Positions 59,575 through 64,000 of a stretch of DNA of 64,000 bases are shown here, piece after piece; position 1 is the stretch's first letter, and every line of letters begins with the position of its first letter. The stretch is taken from positions 6,014,001 through 6,078,000 of the forward strand of contig OU015567.1 of assembly GCA_907165135.1 (NCBI GenBank). The letters run 5' to 3'. The notes under the pieces were generated by a model. The model saw only the letters and a program-made list of their open reading frames with translations, made no database searches and was not told the DNA's origin. A program made the translations under genes and the position numbers. This DNA is from Oikopleura dioica. Its lineage: Eukaryota > Animalia > Chordata.

Positions 59575-62500
59575 TCAGTGATTTCGCCCGATCTCAAATA
59601 AAATTAAGTTGGAAATGAAAAATAATTGCTGCATATTTTCCCGCGTTTTTCCGGATGAGAACGTCCCTCCGTCTCTGACGAATTCTATGACGTTTTGAAT
59701 GTATCGGACTTCATTTCCTCCTGTCACTAAATCACAATCCTCATCACCGGGTTGATAACTAAGCAAGCTCAGCAGGATATTTACTTTTAGTCTCCAGCCG
59801 AGAATTTCGGAGCACCTGGCGCCTTCGTTCGGACAAATCACTGCATAAAAACGATCAAAACTGATTTTATTCAACAAAAATTGGCGAAAGAAAAAATTCA
59901 AAAAAAAAATCGTTTCAAGCTTTTTTTGAAAAAATGATGTTCGAGATCGTCTGCTTCCTGACCATGACTCTTGTTTCTGCCGCTGTAATTCTGATAATAA
60001 TAAAGTACCTACTTAAAGCAAATCGAGAATCCGCTCGCGGCTTCGAGTCAAACAAAAATTAAGCCGCGCACTCAATCGCGCGGCTTTTTTCTCGTGTTTC
60101 GCTCGAAACCGCGAGCGGCTGCTCGGTTTTCTTCTTTGAAATCTTGTTTTGGATATATTTGGATTTAGATTTCAACCCTTTTTTCGAAGGTGATTGATGG
60201 CCCGAATGCCGGAAGCAATAAGGAAGGAGAGAATTGACTAGCGCTTTTCGCCGTTTTTCCGAAATTAATTTTTACGAGTCGCCTCTGAATCATGAAATTC
60301 GCTTCTCTTCGCTTTCTCTCTTCTATTCTTGGTTTTTTTATGGTCGCCGCTCGTAAAATCCCTTCCCCGAGAATCGAATGAGAAGTCGTCATTCCATTGA
60401 AACTCTACCGACACTATCGCAGAGAGGTGAGACCTGACTTCGACCCAGTTTTTTGGAACGCGCCGGGGAAAAAGAAGAAAGAGAGGATTTATCATTCCGG
60501 ATTTATTCAGAAAAAGAGACGCTTCTTTGATCCGCTGGAGAGAAAGTTATTGAATAAGGTGAGTAGCAGCTTAATTTTCATAATAATTTTTATGATAAAA
60601 AATGGCTAAATTTTCTACTTTTCGAGTTAAAAAAGGGGCCAAAAGTTTTCCGAAATCTATGTTGACACCCTTAATACTCAAACTTTGATTATCGAGAATA
60701 GACTGAGTTTTCTAGAGACGTTTTGGACGCTTCAAAGCTTCAAAACTTCATGATCGTAAAATCGAAAAAAACTTATTTCCCTATTTTAGCCTCTGCCTTC
60801 TTTCCCTTCTTTATTTTTTCCCTCAGCTGCCAGTGAATCAGAAGACGAGAGAGAAGCATCAGCGTCAGTCGAAGATTGTTCTCTTTCGATCGGGATTTGT
60901 GCGAATTCACCTCAAAGTCATCACGAAGTGATAAGAACGAATTGAGCCAGCGCCTGGCCCAGTGGAACGTCCCAGCGAGCAGAAATCCAAAGTCCAAAAT
61001 TAGAACAGCCTTCCTGCCACATTTTGGTTCAAAAAGCTGAAATAAAAAGAGATCTTCCTCTTCGAGCCGAAATCATCAGACAAAAAAGGTAGGAGTCGAT
61101 AAATAAGGACTAAAATTTTTCGACCAAAATTCTGTTCATTTTCTTAGATGATTTTTTACTGTATCTGGTACCAGTTATTCTAGCGCCCGAAAGAAGATTT
61201 TCCTGTAAAAAAATTTTCATTTCATTATTTTGATTATTCAAAAAAACGAACCCAGGAGCGGAATAAGTTCTCCAATTCACTTTTCATCAAGCGGAAATAG
61301 TTCCTAACTTCCATCATAATTAGATATTTTTTCGAGCCATTGGCGCGCTCCTTTTTTGAGAGTATTTTTGAGAGGCGAGGAAAACCTGGGCCTGGGGCGA
61401 GTGAATTGGCGAGGGCCTTCTGCCGCCGCGCCTGGGGTACTGATAAGCATTTCTATTTGAGAGGTGAGAGATGGATCATTCGCAGCCACGCAGATTTGAA
61501 CTTGACGAGTTCTAGTGGCGCGCTCGAGCGAAATTACAGTAATCGCCCTTGAGGTGATGCCAAGATAAATTCTTGTTTCAAAAATCTGAAAATCCAGACT
61601 GAAGATTTGGAAAAGAAATCTGCGGCGGGATTGACAAAAGATACAATTTTTTTGATGAAAAAGGCGGATCAAGGGCGGCTCATCCGACTCATATTTTTTT
61701 GCTTCTTCTTCCTGGGCGAAATCATTCATTCGCCCCGAGAACTGGAAACGACAGAATCGTAAAAATCACCTTTGAAGTGAAGCCACTGGAACAACCGCCC
61801 CAACAAATCACCTAAACATTCGATTTACTAGAGAGCTACTTCTTGAGGCTAGGATTTACGATTGCTGTTTGATAAAGGAAAAATATTGATAAAAACAGGT
61901 ACTGAGCAAATAGCCCCGTGGAGAAAACCTGACTCAGGTTTTTGGCAAACTCAGGTTTATCTTGAAAACTCAGGCTTTTCGTGAAAACTCATGTTTTTCG
62001 TGAAAACTCATGTTTTTCGTGAAAACTCAGCTTTTTCGCGAACACTCAGGATTTCGTGAAAACTCAGGTTTTTCGCGAAAACTCACGTTTTTCGTGAAAA
62101 CTCGGGTTTCTCGCGAAAACTCAGGATTTCGTGAAAACTCAGGTTTTTCGTGAAAACGTTGTCGTTTTTTCTCGAAGTTGAGTATTTTCAAGGTCGTAAT
62201 CTTTCACTTCACTTCCTTCAAAACATATTTTTAACCATCATAAAAAATGCGAATTATGAGCAAATAAATAGAACGTCTGAAATTCTCGCGCCGCGTCATA
62301 AATGCTCCACTGTCTAAGACTTTCTTTGTAGCTGGTCGAGGATTCTCAGACAGGGCGGTCCTCTCCTTCTTTCTTTGTTGTTGATTCCAAAAAAGAGAGT
62401 AATTTTTTAATTGGCGAATTAGCGAATTTCCGGCTTTGGAAGGCTTCGAAGCCGCCTTTGCAGAATTATGAATGTTAAGTCTGTCCCGATTCGTAATTAG

Positions 62501-63870
62501 CAGCGGCGGCGGCTTTGATGATTCCGAATTTCCGTTCAGCCCGACTGAATGCGAAAAATCCCCTCACCCGTTTTACGATATGGCGCTCACAAGGAAGTCA
62601 TTCTCACTTTTTCCTTCCTTTTCCGAAAAACACGCTAGAAACAAAAAATTATCAGAGAAATTATCAGACCAGCCTTTTTTTAACCAAGCGATTTTGTCAA
62701 TTTTGGACACTAAAAAAAAGGTAAATATCAAATTAAAAAATGAGGAAAGCACCTGTTTTTATGATGAGTCAGCATTTTAATGATCATTATCGTAGTTTTC
62801 ATCATATGATTAAAAAAGAAAAATAATCGTTTGAAAAAAACCACCTTGTGAGAAAAATCTCCTTTGTTACGACCCAGGAACAGACCGAACCCCGGAAAAA
62901 TAGAATTTAATTTTAACGACTGAACTCGCTCTTTTTCCCACCGCCAATCCATCATCAATTCTTTTCCTGATGATTTATCGGCCGTAAAAAAGTTTAACAC
63001 TCCAGCCACTTCCATTTTACCTTATTTGGATTCTTTTTTTTCTTCCATGATTTCAAACCTCAAAATTTTAAGCTCGAAAAATCGAGAAGCCGCTTGCGGC
63101 TTCGAGTCAAAAAATAGCGCGGCTAAAATGCTTTCTTGACTCGAAGCCACGCGTAGCGCGGCTAAAATCTATTTTTGACTCGAAGCCGCAAGCGGCTTCT
63201 CGATTTTCAATTCACCAAATCATTTTTTTCAACGATCAAAGAACCAGTTTTTGGCTTCTTTTTCGAACCAAAACAGGCCCTTTTTTCATTTGAAAAAGGA
63301 AAAGAAAACATGCAAGTGCGATGACAATGTGTCGAAAGCGTTCAACCCCGATCTGCCGTTTCCATTTGAAAAGGACCAAATTCGGCAGTTTGAGAGACAC
63401 TTAGGGACATCTGATTTTCGCGTTATCGGGGGGCTGCTGTCCGATTGCGATTTTCGCCCCGGGGCGCAGAATTCGCACTTCAAAGAGGTGTTGGGCACGC
63501 GGTGGCGTCGCAGATTGTCGCATTAAACCCTCTAGTTGGCGAAGTGGAAGCGTCACATTCTACTCAAACGTTCTATCGAAATCAGAATCAGACAGAAAGA
63601 GTCTGTCCATAGAGATAAGGAGACACTGCCAGCAGACACCGTAGCGCACATCCCATTCAAGCCAAAAAAAGAGAGAATCCAAAACAGGTAGAAATTTTCA
63701 TTTTTTTCAAGAAAGAATTCTTTGAACTTGTAAAATCCAAAATTGCGGCTCTTTTGATTACGAGAGTTTTTACGGTGTGCGAATGGCGAAAAAGAGAAAA
63801 AGTAGAAGCGGCTATTCCGCTTTGAATCGCCGGCATTTACAATTCTGGCTCGCAGCTTTATAACCATAAT
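59575..63870. other. Probable further multi-exon coding sequence, structure and strand unresolved
   Basis: Several coding-like segments with plausible splice sites, e.g. minus 59575-59845 and 60188-60245 (SILSFLIASGIRAINHLRKK), and plus 63300-63690 (KTCKCDDNVSKAFNPDLPFPFEKDQ...). No recognisable domain. Confidence 0.3.
61955..62158 (+). repeat. 19-bp minisatellite GTGAAAACTCAGGTTTTTC, about 11 units
   Basis: Visible directly; begins just downstream of a GAAAACCTGACTCAGGTTTT MITE terminus at 61923. Confidence 0.85.
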
Positions 63871-64000
63871 TAACGCACTAACCTTGGTTCAACAGCGAAT
63901 TTCAATTTTCTACCAGAGTTATTATGGGCTGCTCAAGTTTCAAAGGCGAACATTTAATGGTCAATCTTTCCACTGTGTTCTCTAAACCTGGGCTCGGGAT

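Noticed and set aside
1-64000. rRNA, tRNA, autonomous transposase or retroelement genes
   Set aside because: No cloverleaf, rRNA-like conserved stretch, DDE or RT ORF recognised by eye.

Overview
Compact, AT-rich animal genomic DNA with many 35-60 nt introns, dense small inverted-repeat elements and secreted Thr-rich proteins. By inference this is the appendicularian tunicate Oikopleura dioica. Positions 1-18.5 kb have no clear gene and are packed with MITEs. A FoxP gene occupies 18.7-30.3 kb. It is followed by an ApoD-like lipocalin, a TLCD1/2-like protein, a mannose-receptor-like FnII/C-type-lectin receptor carrying an ShK domain, and a kinase-like + papain-like protease fusion interrupted by a hAT MITE. 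Next come an orphan 4-TM gene, a two-kringle secreted protein, an orphan secreted protein and a secreted protein with two duplicated jelly-roll-like domains. A 4.6-kb non-autonomous hAT foldback element with opposed 57-bp minisatellite arrays follows, then a PPxY membrane protein, a PIM-like kinase, a CUB/mucin protein and unresolved coding sequence at the end. The most interesting observations are the kinase-protease fusion, the foldback element, and a GNA-hairpin palindrome module shared by MITEs with different termini and TSD types. All gene models were spliced by eye and no database search was run. I saw no rRNA, tRNA or CRISPR array.
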